A stretch of 63,560 nt of DNA, the filler included, from Octopus bimaculoides (lineage: Eukaryota), in assembly GCF_001194135.2 (NCBI RefSeq). It is 7 parts of 7 records of this genome, joined end to end, with 100 filler letters (N's around TTAATTAATTAA, not from the genome) between each part and the next. Parts side by side here need not be neighbours in the genome. Positions count along the whole stretch, not along the records: positions 1 to 31,027 come from NC_068982.1; 6 more parts are not named here. One strand, given 5' to 3'. Within the stretch, counting starts at the first letter, position 1, and the number at the start of each line of letters is the position of its first letter. Shown here piece by piece: positions 1 to 11,267 of this stretch. A program made the translations under genes and the position numbers. The notes beneath the pieces were generated by a model. It was not told where the DNA came from, ran no database searches, and saw only the letters and a list, made by a program, of their open reading frames with translations.

Positions 1-54
<54 letters not shown>
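1..54. repeat. (TG)n microsatellite
   Basis: Pure TG run at the window start. Confidence 0.98.
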
Positions 55-55
<1 letters not shown>

Positions 56-270
56 CTTTGTTCTTGCGTTTGGCCAACCACTATCGCTTGGCAATTGGTG
101 TTGGTTTGTTTACGTCCCTGTAACTTAGCAGTTCATCAAAAGGGAACGATAGTCTAAGAATCAGAACTAAAAATAAGAACTGAGGACGATCTATTCAACT
201 AAACTCTTCAAGGAGGTGTCCCAGTATGGCTGCAGTCCAGAGAGAGAAACTAATAAGCAATAAAATAAAA
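55..270 (+). mobile_element. SINE family A, degenerate 3' half
   Basis: Matches the 3' half of the full-length copy at 28507-28930 (tttacgtccc..taacttag..ggtg..ccag.atggc.gcagtc). Confidence 0.75.
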
Positions 271-657
271 GAAAAATGTCAATCGAAAATTGTAGGATGA
301 TGAAAGAAAAGCTTAAGCACTTATCCACGTCGCTTTTAACAGTGTTAACTTATCGTATCTTCTGGGGATATTAGCCATGAGTGGGGTAACTCAAGCAACA
401 GGCAAGTATATCGAATATACCATGAAGAGATGTCAAACAATTTAGTAGTGGATTTGGTAGACGGAAACTGAAAAGAAGCCCGTCGTATATATGTATGTAT
501 ATATATGTATATGTGTGTGTGTTTGTGTGTCTGTGTTTGTCCCCCTAGCATCGCTTGACAACCGATGCTGGTGTGTTTACGTCCCCGTAACTTAGCGGTT
601 CGGCAAAAAGAGACCGATAGAATAAGTACTAGGCTTACAAAGAATAAGTCCTGGGGT

Positions 658-1120
658 GGATCTATTTTAAAACGGGGGCCACATTTTTCATTAATGTTTT
701 ACGTAGTGTTTTTGGTACGGAAAGACTTTCAAACTTCGTATACTTATCTATTTTGTGTTATAGAACAGAAAAATNNNNNNNNNNNNNNNNNNNNNNNNNN
801 NNNNNNNNNNNNNNNNNNNNNNNNNNNNNNNNNNNCCTAACCCTAACCCTAGGGTTAGGGTTAGGGTTAGGGTTAGGGTTAATTGTTTCAGAATCGTTTG
901 TTTATGTAGTCGGCACTTAATGTATATCGGCTGAATGGACGTCAGTGATTGGTTGAAATTACAGAAATACGACAACTTTAACATGGAAAAACTTATGGAT
1001 TTCTTTTTTTTTTAAGAAGACTAAGAGAAAAAGATGTTTTATATGACACATTCTACCAGTGTTCCAAGTTTCAAAGTGTTTCGTTAATGAAAAATGTGGC
1101 CCCCGTTTTAAAAAAGATCC
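658..1120. mobile_element. Non-autonomous TIR transposon (MITE, Merlin-like GG..CC ends) containing a telomeric palindrome
   Basis: About 37-bp TIR: GGATCTATTTTAAAACGGGGGCCACATTTTTCATTAA versus the reverse complement of 1084-1120. Flanked by cctggggt / cctgggt, an 8-bp TSD with one G lost. Superfamily call is inferred from the ends and TSD length. Confidence 0.8.
836..880. repeat. Interstitial telomeric palindrome (CCCTAA)n-CCCTAGGG-(TTAGGG)n
   Basis: cctaaccctaaccct|agggttagggttagggttagggttagggtt; the left part runs into an N gap. Confidence 0.9.
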
Positions 1121-1608
1121 CCTGGGTCGATTTTCTCGACTAAAGGTGGTGCTCCAACATGGCCGCAGTCAAATGACTGAAACAAGTAAAAGAATAATTC
1201 TACTCACTCATCCAAAGAATGCATTATAACAACGAATTCCAACACGCATTAGAAAAGAAATCTGCCGAGGGATTCCTTCACTGTGCTTCTTTTTCGGCTG
1301 CCAATATCTTTTAATTAACGTGTGAGACTAGACAATACTTGGAGCCGGTAGATGATTTAATATTTGATTCAGCTGAGAAAAACGCGCGAAGGCAAATTTG
1401 ACGAGTTGAAAATTAGTAAAATTCCGAATAAAAAATAAAGAAACCAGATAATGAAACAGAGATAAAAAGAATTATTGGAAACACAGGGACACACATACTT
1501 AGGAAGAAAATGAAAGAAAAAGTTTACAAAGAGTAATCAGGCGCTTCAGATAAATACTTAAAGGAATAAAAACAAAATATAAGACCGTTGGCTCAAAGCT
1601 CTAGTAAT

Positions 1609-1826
1609 ATTGGTTTCGAATTGTGATACAAAGCCAGCAACTTCGGGCTAAGTAGAAAATCAGTTACATCGACTCCAGTACTTAGCTGGTACTTATTTTA
1701 TCGACGCTGAAAATATGAAATGCAAAGTCGACATCGGCGGAATTTGAACCCAGAACGTAAAGACGGACTAAATGCCGCAAAGCATTTTACCCGGCATGCT
1801 AACGATTCAACCAGCTCGTCGTCATA
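1609..1826 (-). mobile_element. SINE family B
   Basis: Reverse complement matches the family-B head (gagctgg..aatcgttagcatgccgg..aaatgc) and core (gtcgactttg..tttcat..cgataaaataagtaccag..ctggagtcgatgtaa). Confidence 0.85.
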
Positions 1827-1852
1827 GTTGTTCTGCTAATATCAAATTACAG

Positions 1853-1990
1853 TCGGCAAGCTGGAAGAATCGCTCTGAGTTCAAATTCTGCCGAGGTCGA
1901 CTTTGCTTTTCATTTTCAGGGGAGTCCATAAAATAAGTACCAGCTGAGCACGAAGGTCGATGTAATCGATTTAACCTCTTCTCCGAATTT
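1853..1990 (+). mobile_element. SINE family B, internally deleted, head-to-head with the previous copy
   Basis: cggcaagctggaagaatcg/ctctgagttcaaattctgccgaggtcgactttgc...aataagtaccagctgagcac. Confidence 0.85.
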
Positions 1991-2199
1991 GTTTGAATGG
2001 TGTCAAAATTTTAAATCAATATTATCATATTATATTTTCAACTCGGAACTGACTGAATTACCAAGATCATGCGAGGAAGTAAAGAAAATAATGATTGCAT
2101 TGACACAGAAAGATAGTGTTTTGCAACGAATTCTGAGAGGACTTGTTTTCCTGCTACTAGAAAATTATACAATGCCTAATCAGAAATTATGGTAAAATA

Positions 2200-2635
2200 A
2201 CTAATTATAAAATTGTTAGTAAATTAATATAAAGCATTACAAAATATAATATAAAATGTGCAGAGTTACAGAAACATCCGGTAAAGAATAAAATGGAAGC
2301 ATTACAAACAGCTAAAAAAAACAATAAGAAGCAGCAACAAAACAAATAACAGATATACAGGCATGACCGAATCGGAGCTTTCGTACACTGGAAATTATAC
2401 CAGCACTATTAAATACATGCAGAAAAAATCTCAAAGAATTACAAAGTTACCGTACATGGAGATATGCCAATCCGTACGGACAGAAATTAAGTCAAACCGA
2501 CGAGATACAGTGAAATCTTCTAAGGAAAGAAATTTCTTTTAAACGATGTATCCATTACAATAAGCGACAATAAAGGAATGGAAAATTTATGCAATTATAA
2601 AAACCTTCATAAAGAGATAACCAAAATCCTGCGAT
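2200..2635 (+). mobile_element. Degenerate RLE-type (R4/Dong-like) LINE C-terminal region
   Basis: Frameshifted translations give RHDRIGAFVHWKLYQHY, DMPIRTDR..KSNRRD and DVSI..DNKGMENLCNYKNLHKEITK, paralleling the cleaner copy at 3325-3600. Confidence 0.7.
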
Positions 2636-2924
2636 TTACACATAGAGAGAACTTACACAAAATACCGTTACCGAGCATCATTAGGCATTGAGAACACATT
2701 ACATAGAGTGTACAATAGAAATTCAAAACTAAATAAGGCCGTGTGTATATGCAATGCATGCAAGATACCGCTACACAACGTTGTCGGGTGCTGGGAACAA
2801 ATTACATTGACTGTACAATAGAAAAGCAAAAATAATGAAACCCGTGCATAGATGCAATGCACACGGATCTACGCTGAGTTGTGTAGACTACTGAAATATT
2901 AATGATCATATTAATCCTATCCAT

Positions 2925-3110
2925 TATAGGCACAACGCTCGAAAGCTTGTGGGCAGTGCGCAACTGGTTCTTAGTTTATCAAACTTGGAAGGATGAAAGG
3001 TGACGCTGACCTCGGTGGAGTTTGAACTTAGAAAGTAAAGAGTCGGAAGAAATGCCGTCATGCATTTTGTTCGGCGCACTAACGGTTCTGTCTATCGCCA
3101 CCTTAATAGT
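2925..3110 (-). mobile_element. SINE family B, degenerate
   Basis: ggatgaaaggtgacgctgacctcggtggagtttgaactt..aaatgccg..gcattttg matches family B in reverse. Confidence 0.7.
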
Positions 3111-3142
3111 GGTTTCAAATTTTGGCACAAGGCCAGCGATAT

Positions 3143-3268
3143 CGTCATCTTAGGAGAGTTCTAAGATCTTGAAGGCTGCTGAAAATTTGTGAATACCTAA
3201 GTTTACAGGAAGTAACCCGCTGTCCACATAAATCCTGCCAGGAATAGGACCGCACCTGAGTTAAACAA

Positions 3269-3300
<32 letters not shown>

Positions 3301-3324
3301 TAATAATAATAATAATAATAATAA
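3143..3324 (+). mobile_element. Short 3' end of a second putative RLE LINE subfamily plus (TAA)n tract
   Basis: Reads ..HLRRVLRS* (compare HILRKTLSIQ* at 3600), then an about 100-bp 3'UTR-like segment ending directly in (TAA)n at 3270-3324. Confidence 0.45.
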
Positions 3325-3718
3325 TTTCTAATTGATGTATCAATACCAGCAGATGACAACGTTTCTCTAAAAGAAATGGAAAAACTTTCAAAATACAAAG
3401 ACCTGGAAATAGAGATAACTCGAATGTGGAGTCTAAAAACAGAAACAATTCCTATCATAGTAGGTGCCTTAGGTATAATAAAAAAATATTCAGACAAATA
3501 CATAACAAAAACACCAGGACTTACACATATATATAACATACAGAAAATTGCACTACTGGGTACTGCACACATTCTACGCAAAACACTTTCAATACAGTAA
3601 ACATAAGAGCACCACAGCAAACCACAGCACATACCCAAGGCGCACAGAGCTGCGCTCGGTAGTGAAGTGAAAGCACGTTATAAAAATAAAACTACTGAAC
3701 AATAATAATAATAATAAT
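3325..3718 (+). mobile_element. 5'-truncated R4/Dong-like LINE (RLE endonuclease C-terminus, 3'UTR, (AAT)n tail)
   Basis: Open frame 3325-3600: FLIDVSIPADDNVSLKEMEKLSKYKDLEIEITRMWSLKTETIPIIVGALG...LLGTAHILRKTLSIQ*, the RLE D..E.K.KY motif. Bounded by (TAA)n on both sides. Confidence 0.9.
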
Positions 3719-3795
3719 GGTTTCAACTTTTGGCACAAAGCCAGCAATTTCGGGGAAGGCGATATGTCTATTACATAGACCCCAGTGCTCAATTT
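3718..3795 (-). mobile_element. SINE family B 3' end sharing the (AAT)n tract with the LINE
   Basis: ggtttcaacttttggcacaaagccagcaatttcgggg...gaccccagtgctcaa. Confidence 0.75.
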
Positions 3796-4100
3796 GTATC
3801 TATTTTATCGAAAATCTGTTTAAGGCTTTAAAACGTTTCCTTTCCAGTTCATTTGGCAAAACTTTGTGACGTAGAACTCTAGCCAGAAATCCACGACACC
3901 CCAGCTGTTATGACTGAAGTCCTACAAGTGCTACCATTTCCTGCGCGGGCTAAAATTTATCAACTGAATAAGATACTTTCTTTGACTAAAAGCAATTGTT
4001 TTCTCTAGTCTACGTCTAAAATACGCATGTGCACACACACACACAACTATATATATTTATATGAATACATATATGTATGTATGTACGTATATACATACAT

Positions 4101-4151
<51 letters not shown>

Positions 4152-4153
<2 letters not shown>

Positions 4154-4448
4154 GTTAAACGCAGATGTTATTCAAATTCTTTTACTTCCGACATATGTTT
4201 CGAAGACAACATTGGTATTATTCCAGAAGGAATAAAACAGTGTAAAACAATGCAATCTTCTCATCGGTGAAAGAAAGAAACCAAACTGCTGTTAAAATGT
4301 CTTATTGATGCGTTTGGTTTCTTTCTTTTACCCTGATGAGAAGATTGCATTGTTTTACACCATTTTATTTCTTCTGGAATAATACCAATGTTGTCTTCGA
4401 AACATATGTCGGAAGTAAAGCAATTTGAATAACACTTGCGTTTAACTC
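4152..4448. mobile_element. Inverted pair of Penelope-type pseudo-LTRs (family P1)
   Basis: Arms 4152-4286 and 4312-4448 are near-perfect reverse complements; the right arm carries a hammerhead core. Confidence 0.75.
4327..4415 (+). ncRNA. Type I hammerhead ribozyme (minimal, palindromic stem III)
   Basis: cc-CTGATGA(4333-4339)-gaagattgcattg...caatgttgtcttc (long stem II)-GAAA-catatg-TC-ggaag; GUC cleavage triplet, acatatgt palindrome. Confidence 0.7.
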
Positions 4449-4614
4449 CATTTATTTATTTATCTATATTATACAAAACATTTCACCTAAACCTGGAGTT
4501 TCTATCTTCATAAATAGGCTGTTATATCCTTGTTACTTGTGTGAATTTTTGCTACCCTGGTAACTGTTTATTTTTTTCCGTGTTATTTGTAAGCACTGGA
4601 AAAAACACACACAC

Positions 4615-4750
4615 AAAGGCCACTGAGGTCGACTTTGTCCTTCGTCCTTTTGGGGTCGATAAAATAAGTACCAATTGAACACTGGGATCGATCTAATCGA
4701 CCTATCACTGCCCCGAACTTACTGGCCTTGTGCCAAAAATTGAAATCATT
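4615..4750 (+). mobile_element. SINE family B, 5'-truncated
   Basis: gaggtcgactttgtccttcgtccttttggggtcgataaaataagtaccaattgaacactgggatcgat...ggccttgtgccaaaaattgaaatc. Confidence 0.85.
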
Positions 4751-5003
4751 ACTTCTGGTTGATATAAACTATAATTCTCATTTAGACATTTATAGACATT
4801 CCCCCCCACCTTGACGACAGTTTATTTCTCTAGAAATGAATATATGATCTTAGTATTTACGTCGTTAGTCATGTTACATTTTTTTTTATATCATTAAATT
4901 TTACCGAAAGCGTGTCGTGTCTTTTGAATCTTTGTTTAGCCCTTCGGTAAACTGCTCTATTAAGAGATTGTTTTAACTTCGCACATTCTTGCTTTTATTG
5001 GTA

Positions 5004-5078
<75 letters not shown>

Positions 5079-5316
5079 TGCACATGCACACACACAAACG
5101 TGCACATGCACACACACACACACACACACGTGTACATGCACTCTCACACATACATGCACACACATTCATACATATTTCATATATGCATACATACACACAT
5201 ACACACATATACGCACATATACATACGCATACATAAACGTGTATGTCTGCATCTCTATATGCATATATATGAATACCGATTCTTGAATGTATGCTTGTTC
5301 AAGATACTCACACGTA

Positions 5317-5371
<55 letters not shown>

Positions 5372-5739
5372 NNNNNNNNNNNNNNNNNNNNNNNNNNNNN
5401 NNNNNNNNNNNNNNNNNNNNNNNNNNNNNNNNNNNNNNNNNNNNNNNNNNNNNNNNNNNNNNNNNNNNNNNNNNNNNNNNNNNNNNNNNNNNNNNNNNNN
5501 NNNNNNNNNNNNNNNNNNNNNNNNNNATATATATATATATATATAAAACGGTCTGGCTCAGGTCCATTACTTGGCGCGTAGGACGCGTCCATCTCATCAG
5601 AAATCAAGAGAAGAGTAAGTCTGAGATAAATTCAAAACAGCCTCTATGTGTTAGGCTTGTAGTGGTCAGCTGAGGACACGTGGCGTTAATGCTGTGGAGA
5701 AGACGCCAGCTATTTTTCTCTATTAGGCCCACCTGTTAG

Positions 5740-5890
5740 GACAGTTTCCGACTACCAACTTCTCTCGCAAGATATTCATCAACCCGGGGCTATAGTTTAA
5801 GACCCGTACCCAAAGTGCCGTGCGCTGTGAGACTGAAACCGAAACCATTTAGTAGTAGAGCGAGCATTTTAACCTCGTAACCATGATTGT
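5740..5890 (-). mobile_element. SINE family A head, degenerate
   Basis: cagtttccgactacca...ggctatagt..aagac...cccaaagtgccgtgc..gactgaaacc matches the family-A head in reverse. Confidence 0.65.
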
Positions 5891-5924
5891 GCCTATCCGC
5901 ACAATTCATTTACAAAAAACTTAC

Positions 5925-5999
5925 ACTAGCGTGTTGAAAATCTGTTGAAATTTACGAGGATTGGAGTTTGAGAATGACATACTAGAGGGAAGATTAGAC
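5925..5999 (-). CDS. Candidate internal exon (75 bp, phase 2-2) of an unidentified gene
   Basis: Acceptor catttcaatctcAG, donor GTAAGT, open frame SNLPSSMSFSNSNPRKFQQIFNTL. No homology recognised. Confidence 0.3.
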
Positions 6000-6134
6000 C
6001 TGAGATTGAAATGAGTTGCTTATGTTAAGAAGGCTGGGATACAGCTGAACTAATGAGACGAGTCGCATTTCTGAGAATGAGTATGTCTGTGTCTGCATGT
6101 GTTTCTAAGTTATATTTATCAACTGCAAGTGTGG

Positions 6135-6290
6135 TTGCGCGGCAAGCAGTTTGCTTCCTAACCACATGGTTCCGGGTTCAGATCCATCCTTTGTACCGTG
6201 GGCAAGTGTCTTCTGCTATAGACCTGAGCCGCCCAAAGCCTTGTGAGTGTATTTGAAAGACAGAACCTAACAGAAACTCGTCGTATGCGT
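6135..6290 (+). mobile_element. SINE family A head
   Basis: aaccacatggttccgggttcagat...gggcaagtgtcttctgctatagacctgagccgcccaaagccttgtgagtg. Confidence 0.75.
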
Positions 6291-7659
6291 GTGTGTGTGA
6301 ATGTACCCATTCTCACAAATGCGACTGGTCTCATTGGTTCAGCTCTGTCCCAGCCCGTTTAACATACGCAACTCTCTTCAGTCCCAGGTTTATCACTATT
6401 CCCCCCAGTACTTCATAAGAACGATAGAAATTTTGGAAAATATTGACACTGCAGATGGATGCGTATTCATAATTTGTCCAAATACACATGTCATGAAAAC
6501 ATATACAGTTCACTATTTTCCACTCTAACATAATCCATTATTTTCATTACTTTTATCTAAACTTTACGAAGGTTCTACACACAGAATAGATTCAAGATAA
6601 GTTTCTTAGGATCCATATCTTTAAATTAAATATAACTTCAAATTAGTTATATGTATTTTTAAATATTTTTCTCGTTATTGCCAAATGCTAATTAAGTAAA
6701 AATTCTGATGTAAACGCAGAAAAATGCCAAGAATCTCTTAACATGAAATATTATTTCAAACATAAATGTGCTAAATTATAATGAAAGGAAAACCATAATT
6801 ACAAATATTGAAAAAATATTATCAATTTATTTATTGGAGTTACAGTAATTATTATCATGAAAGTAAATAATTTTGCAATTCGTATAACTTTTCTTTGGTT
6901 TTATTAAACATTAATATTTTTAAACCGATGCCAAACGGTATAAAAATATGTTCAATACCGCAATTTGAAAGCGTTGATTGTGCATTAAAACAAACAGATG
7001 TTTCAAATGAGCTTGCGTACGTGTAATATATATTACCAGAAGACCATTTATTTAAAAAAGCAGAAATTATATAAGGATAAAATTTAATCATGTCTATAAA
7101 GATAACATTTTTAAAATCAATAAGTGGTTATAAAATATTAATTATTACTTTAAAACGTATTAACATATTAGTTTCTACTCTAATGCTTGTATGCATACAG
7201 CTATGTATGTTCGTATATACGGTCACAGGCTTGGACAATGGTTAAGACATTCGTTTCCTAAATTCTCTGGTTCAATACCACAGTGCGGTACTTTATGCAT
7301 GTGAATTTTGTACGGAAGCCATTGACAAAACGGTCCGTGAGACTTTCTGGATAGCACGCCTTATCAAAAAAATTACGGTGAATGCTTTTTAGAAGTGCGA
7401 CCCGCCTGATGTTGAGCCCAATTTCATGTGGCCTCTTCTCATAAAATGTTACCTATACCTGTTCTATAGGATCAGATCTAAATAAGCTTTATAGGCAAAA
7501 TTATAGGCAAAATTATGAAAGTGCATTAGAATTAATTTTACCTCACATTCAAGAGAAAATGCTTGCCCATGCACAATGCAAGGCTTCTTGATAGAATAGA
7601 ATGATTATTTTATTATACTTGTACTTTAACTCTCTATTTTTACATGTATCAGTCTCTTA

Positions 7660-7870
7660 ATGTTATTCATCTTTATGGATACCACAGTTCTATATTTAAG
7701 AGATGAGGAATTATGTACATTATTTACATTATTTACATTTGACGGATATTTGTCCTCATCTTGTTTGTTGTTAACACAACGTTTCGGCTGATATACCCTC
7801 CAACCTTCATCAGGTGTCTTGGGGAAATTTCGAACCTGGATTCTCATTCCTAAGGTATTTTTCGATGTCG
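7660..7870 (-). mobile_element. Penelope-type pseudo-LTR (family P2)
   Basis: Reverse complement of 8138-8280; contains an intact hammerhead at 7773-7818. Confidence 0.75.
7773..7818 (-). ncRNA. Minimal type I hammerhead ribozyme
   Basis: Minus strand: gacac-CTGATGA-a-ggttg gagggtatat cagcc-GAAA-cg-TT-gtgtt. Stem I gacac/gtgtt, stem II ggttg/cagcc, palindromic aacgtt stem III, GUU triplet. Confidence 0.7.
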
Positions 7871-7879
7871 TTGTTATTA

Positions 7880-7881
7880 TC

Positions 7882-7958
<77 letters not shown>

Positions 7959-8016
7959 CTGATTAAGAGTGTGGGCAACTTACCCCAAGATTCCGAGTTC
8001 GATTCTAGGCAGTGAT

Positions 8017-8097
<81 letters not shown>

Positions 8098-8137
8098 AAG
8101 AAGAAGAAGAAGAAGAAGAAGAAGAAGAAGAAAAAGA
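7880..8137. repeat. (TTA)n, a short unique 3'-end-like segment, then (AAT)n and (GAA)n
   Basis: Directly visible simple repeats between the two P2 pseudo-LTRs; 7957-8020 resembles a TAA-tailed LINE 3' end. Confidence 0.85.
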
Positions 8138-8280
8138 AGACCTTAGGAATGAGAACCCAGGTTCGAAATTTCCCCAAGACACCTGATGAAGGCTGGAGGG
8201 TATATCAGCCGAAATGTTGTGAACAACAAACAAGATGAGGACAAATATTCGTCAAATGTAAATAATGTTTATGGATACCG
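8138..8280 (+). mobile_element. Penelope-type pseudo-LTR (family P2) with a hammerhead at 8178-8222
   Basis: gacac CTGATGA a ggctg gagggtatat cagcc GAAA tgtt gtg; stem III C changed to T (CpG decay). Confidence 0.75.
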
Positions 8281-8339
8281 GCGGATAATATCTTTTATGT
8301 GTAAGTTTCATGCATCAAATAATTCCATTTTTGTTTTTG

Positions 8340-8900
8340 GCTAGGTTCTAATTCGACAGGTATCTTTTATGGATGACATATTTAATGAATCAGGATCTAT
8401 ATTTCTTCAATTTCTTCGTCAATTTTTATATCATACGATGTTCTTTTAGGATTACATTAAGAATATTCAGCCACTTAAACCACAATACAACGAGAATGTA
8501 GATCAGGATATCGAATAATTGCTATATACGAGATCACAAAACTAAAGTGAATTTTTTACATATATAGATGTACCCAGGTACTCTTTCTCTTATTCTTTTC
8601 TAACCATATTCGTGTCCAGAGGGCGGCTGATTTCCACAACAGAAAATCTTTTCTTTGTGGCCCCACACAATAGCTGGCCGGTTGTGTTTTAACTTGGTGG
8701 TTACTTTAATTTCTAAGTTGCAATATTCTTTTGACCCATCGGTCTCAGTATGGCCAACTTCGTTCGTCGGTATTTTCTTTTTTGAGACCGTTTTGGCAAC
8801 CGCATTATGTCTCGTAGGAAGACCATATCTAGAAGACATGTCTTCAGTCTGAGTCTTGCTAGGCCTACATTTGTTGTCTGTTAACATTTTCTATTATGCA
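8340..8900 (-). mobile_element. RLE-type LINE fragment (TACA-associated family)
   Basis: MSSRYGLPTRHNAVAKTV...KLKHNRPAIVWGHKEK (zinc-knuckle RH region plus decayed HNRPDIV motif); the 5' junction abuts (TGTA)n at 8901-8966. Confidence 0.7.
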
Positions 8901-9143
8901 TGTATGTATGTATAAATGTATGTATGTATAAATGTATGTATGTATGTATGTATGTATGTATGTATACTTTTTGGTTTGTCACGAATGTCTCTTTCAAAGA
9001 TATTATTTAACCATTTCTTTGCCCTCCGAATGACATTACCAGACCTGGAGTCTATAAAATATACATAATTCTGTAACTCTATGTTACAATCTCTCTCTTT
9101 GTCTCTCGAAATTCATATTACAGTATGTGTGAATGTACTGGTA

Positions 9144-9177
<34 letters not shown>

Positions 9178-9659
9178 TGTGCGTGTGTGCTTGTTTCGTG
9201 TGTTCTGTGTGTGTTTTGTGTGTGCGTATCTTATTTGGAATATCTCGAAGCACGCATATATAGCTATAAATAATAGCACTTTAATATTTCCATCTAAAAG
9301 TTTTTCAGTCAGATATTTATATACTATTTATAGCTTTATGTATGTGCTTCGAGACATCCTGAAAAAGATTTATTTCATGATCTCGCGAAAGTTAAAAAAA
9401 ATTTTATGACATAGACAACACACACACGTATACATATATTTATACATATGTATAGTTTTGTATATATAATTATATATATATACGTATGTATGTATATATG
9501 CATGTACGTATGTATGTATACGTATATATTTATATATGTATATATAAATGTATATATAGAGAGAAAGAGTGGAGAGATTATATATATATAAATACGTAAA
9601 TAAATAGATATATATATATATTCACACTCATACACGCACACACACACGCACACACACAC

Positions 9660-9713
<54 letters not shown>

Positions 9714-9980
9714 GTCCATATGTGTAAGTATAAGTGTGAAGTGGATATATGCATTAATTGAATATTTGTTATTCTGTTACATTATTTCAATACGTTGTTT
9801 CGAATTCTCAACGATAAAATTGTATTAATATCAAGACATTTGAGTTTCTCTAGAAAATGATTTTTTTTAACAATGTATCTTGTGAAGAAATGTGACTAAT
9901 GAATTCCTGAAAAAATGTAAGCAGACCACCCTAGCTCTTATACTAATGTTCGAAAATTACTCAAGATTTATGTAAAGACA

Positions 9981-10110
9981 CAGGCCCTTAGTGGTTAGTG
10001 CTGGGCTGACGATCATAAGCTCGTTGGTTCGACTCCTGGACTGCGTGGTGCGTTTAGGCCTTAAGCAAGGTATTTCATTTTATGGTGCTCCAGTGTACTC
10101 AGCTGATTGC
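9981..10110 (+). mobile_element. Degenerate tRNA-derived SINE head
   Basis: A-box-like ggcccttagtggttag, B-box ggttcgactcc, then ccttaagcaaggtatttcatttt..tgctccagtgtactcagctg. Confidence 0.55.
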
Positions 10111-10205
10111 TTGTGCAGCTAGCTCTTTCCCCACCTCTCTCTCATTCTTTCTCTCTCTCACTCTTTCTCTCTCTCTCCTCTCACTCTTTCTCTCTCTCTC
10201 TCCTC

Positions 10206-10281
<76 letters not shown>

Positions 10282-10895
10282 TGTCACATCTCCAATGTTC
10301 TTATGACTCAAAAATAGAATTACTGACAGAGTGTCTATCTTTACTCATGGTTGTATGGTCTCCTAAAACATTTAACGAAAGCGTGTTACACAGGCTATAC
10401 ATGCTTGTGTGTGACGACTAAGCTAAGCACTAAATATTTAAACTCGTTCTGCTCTTCTGCTTTTAAGAAACGTTATCTGAAGGAAAACCATACAGTTCCT
10501 GACACACATATTACAATATAGCGCTCCAGGTATAAGTAATTTTTGCGTTTTCAAAGTCACGGTAGAATAAACCAGGGTTAGCTAATAAGTAACGCCGCAG
10601 ATATTTCAAAATATAAATGCATAACTAATAGCTTTGAGTTAATCGTTGATCGAAATCAATACTTCCATAGATAAATTAATAAAGTTATTCGACCTACTGA
10701 CACAGTGGCTAGCTTATGCGAAAATAAACGTAATATGCGTAAGGATGTATATGATATCACCCTCCAAGCGGCGTATAATATCTGCTATTTTTAATAAAGC
10801 TCTTTATAGAAAACACTGGAAAGAAAAACATGTTTATGTATGCGTTTGTATACGTATGAAAGGGAGAGAGTTTGTGCGGGTGAGTGTGTGTGTGT

Positions 10896-10944
<49 letters not shown>

Positions 10945-11267
10945 TGGGTGTGTCTTTACAGGATTTCTTTTAAGTATTTTAAGAGAATTTTAAGAATAGA
11001 ACCAACCTTTATGATTGTGGAGTCAATAATTAAAGTAAAGCAAAATTCACGACTTATGAAGATTTGAATAAGCTGACAGTAGAATCTAAAAGAGCCAAAC
11101 AAAACTGATGAATACATACATACATACACAAATACATATATGTATGTATATATATATAAGTTTTGGAATCGATTCATTCAACTAAAGATTCTTCAAAGCA
11201 CTGAACCATCATGGCCGCAGACGAATGACTGAAACAAATGAAAGATAAAAGAGACATATATATTACC

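Larger units (their letters stand above)
447..1197 (+). mobile_element. SINE family A, 5'-truncated, interrupted by a MITE at 658-1120
   Basis: Colinear with 28507-28930; the sequence resumes at 1121 (cctgggtcgattttctcgactaaaggtggtgctcc). Confidence 0.9.

Noticed and set aside
836-880. Ancestral telomere-telomere chromosome fusion site
   Set aside because: The repeat orientation is the opposite of a fusion signature, and the repeats lie inside a TIR element.
5550-5615. Plus-strand exon ending at a GTAAGT donor
   Set aside because: The translation (..ISSEIKRRVSL) looks more like a decayed RTE reverse transcriptase remnant, and the strand conflicts with the other exon candidates.
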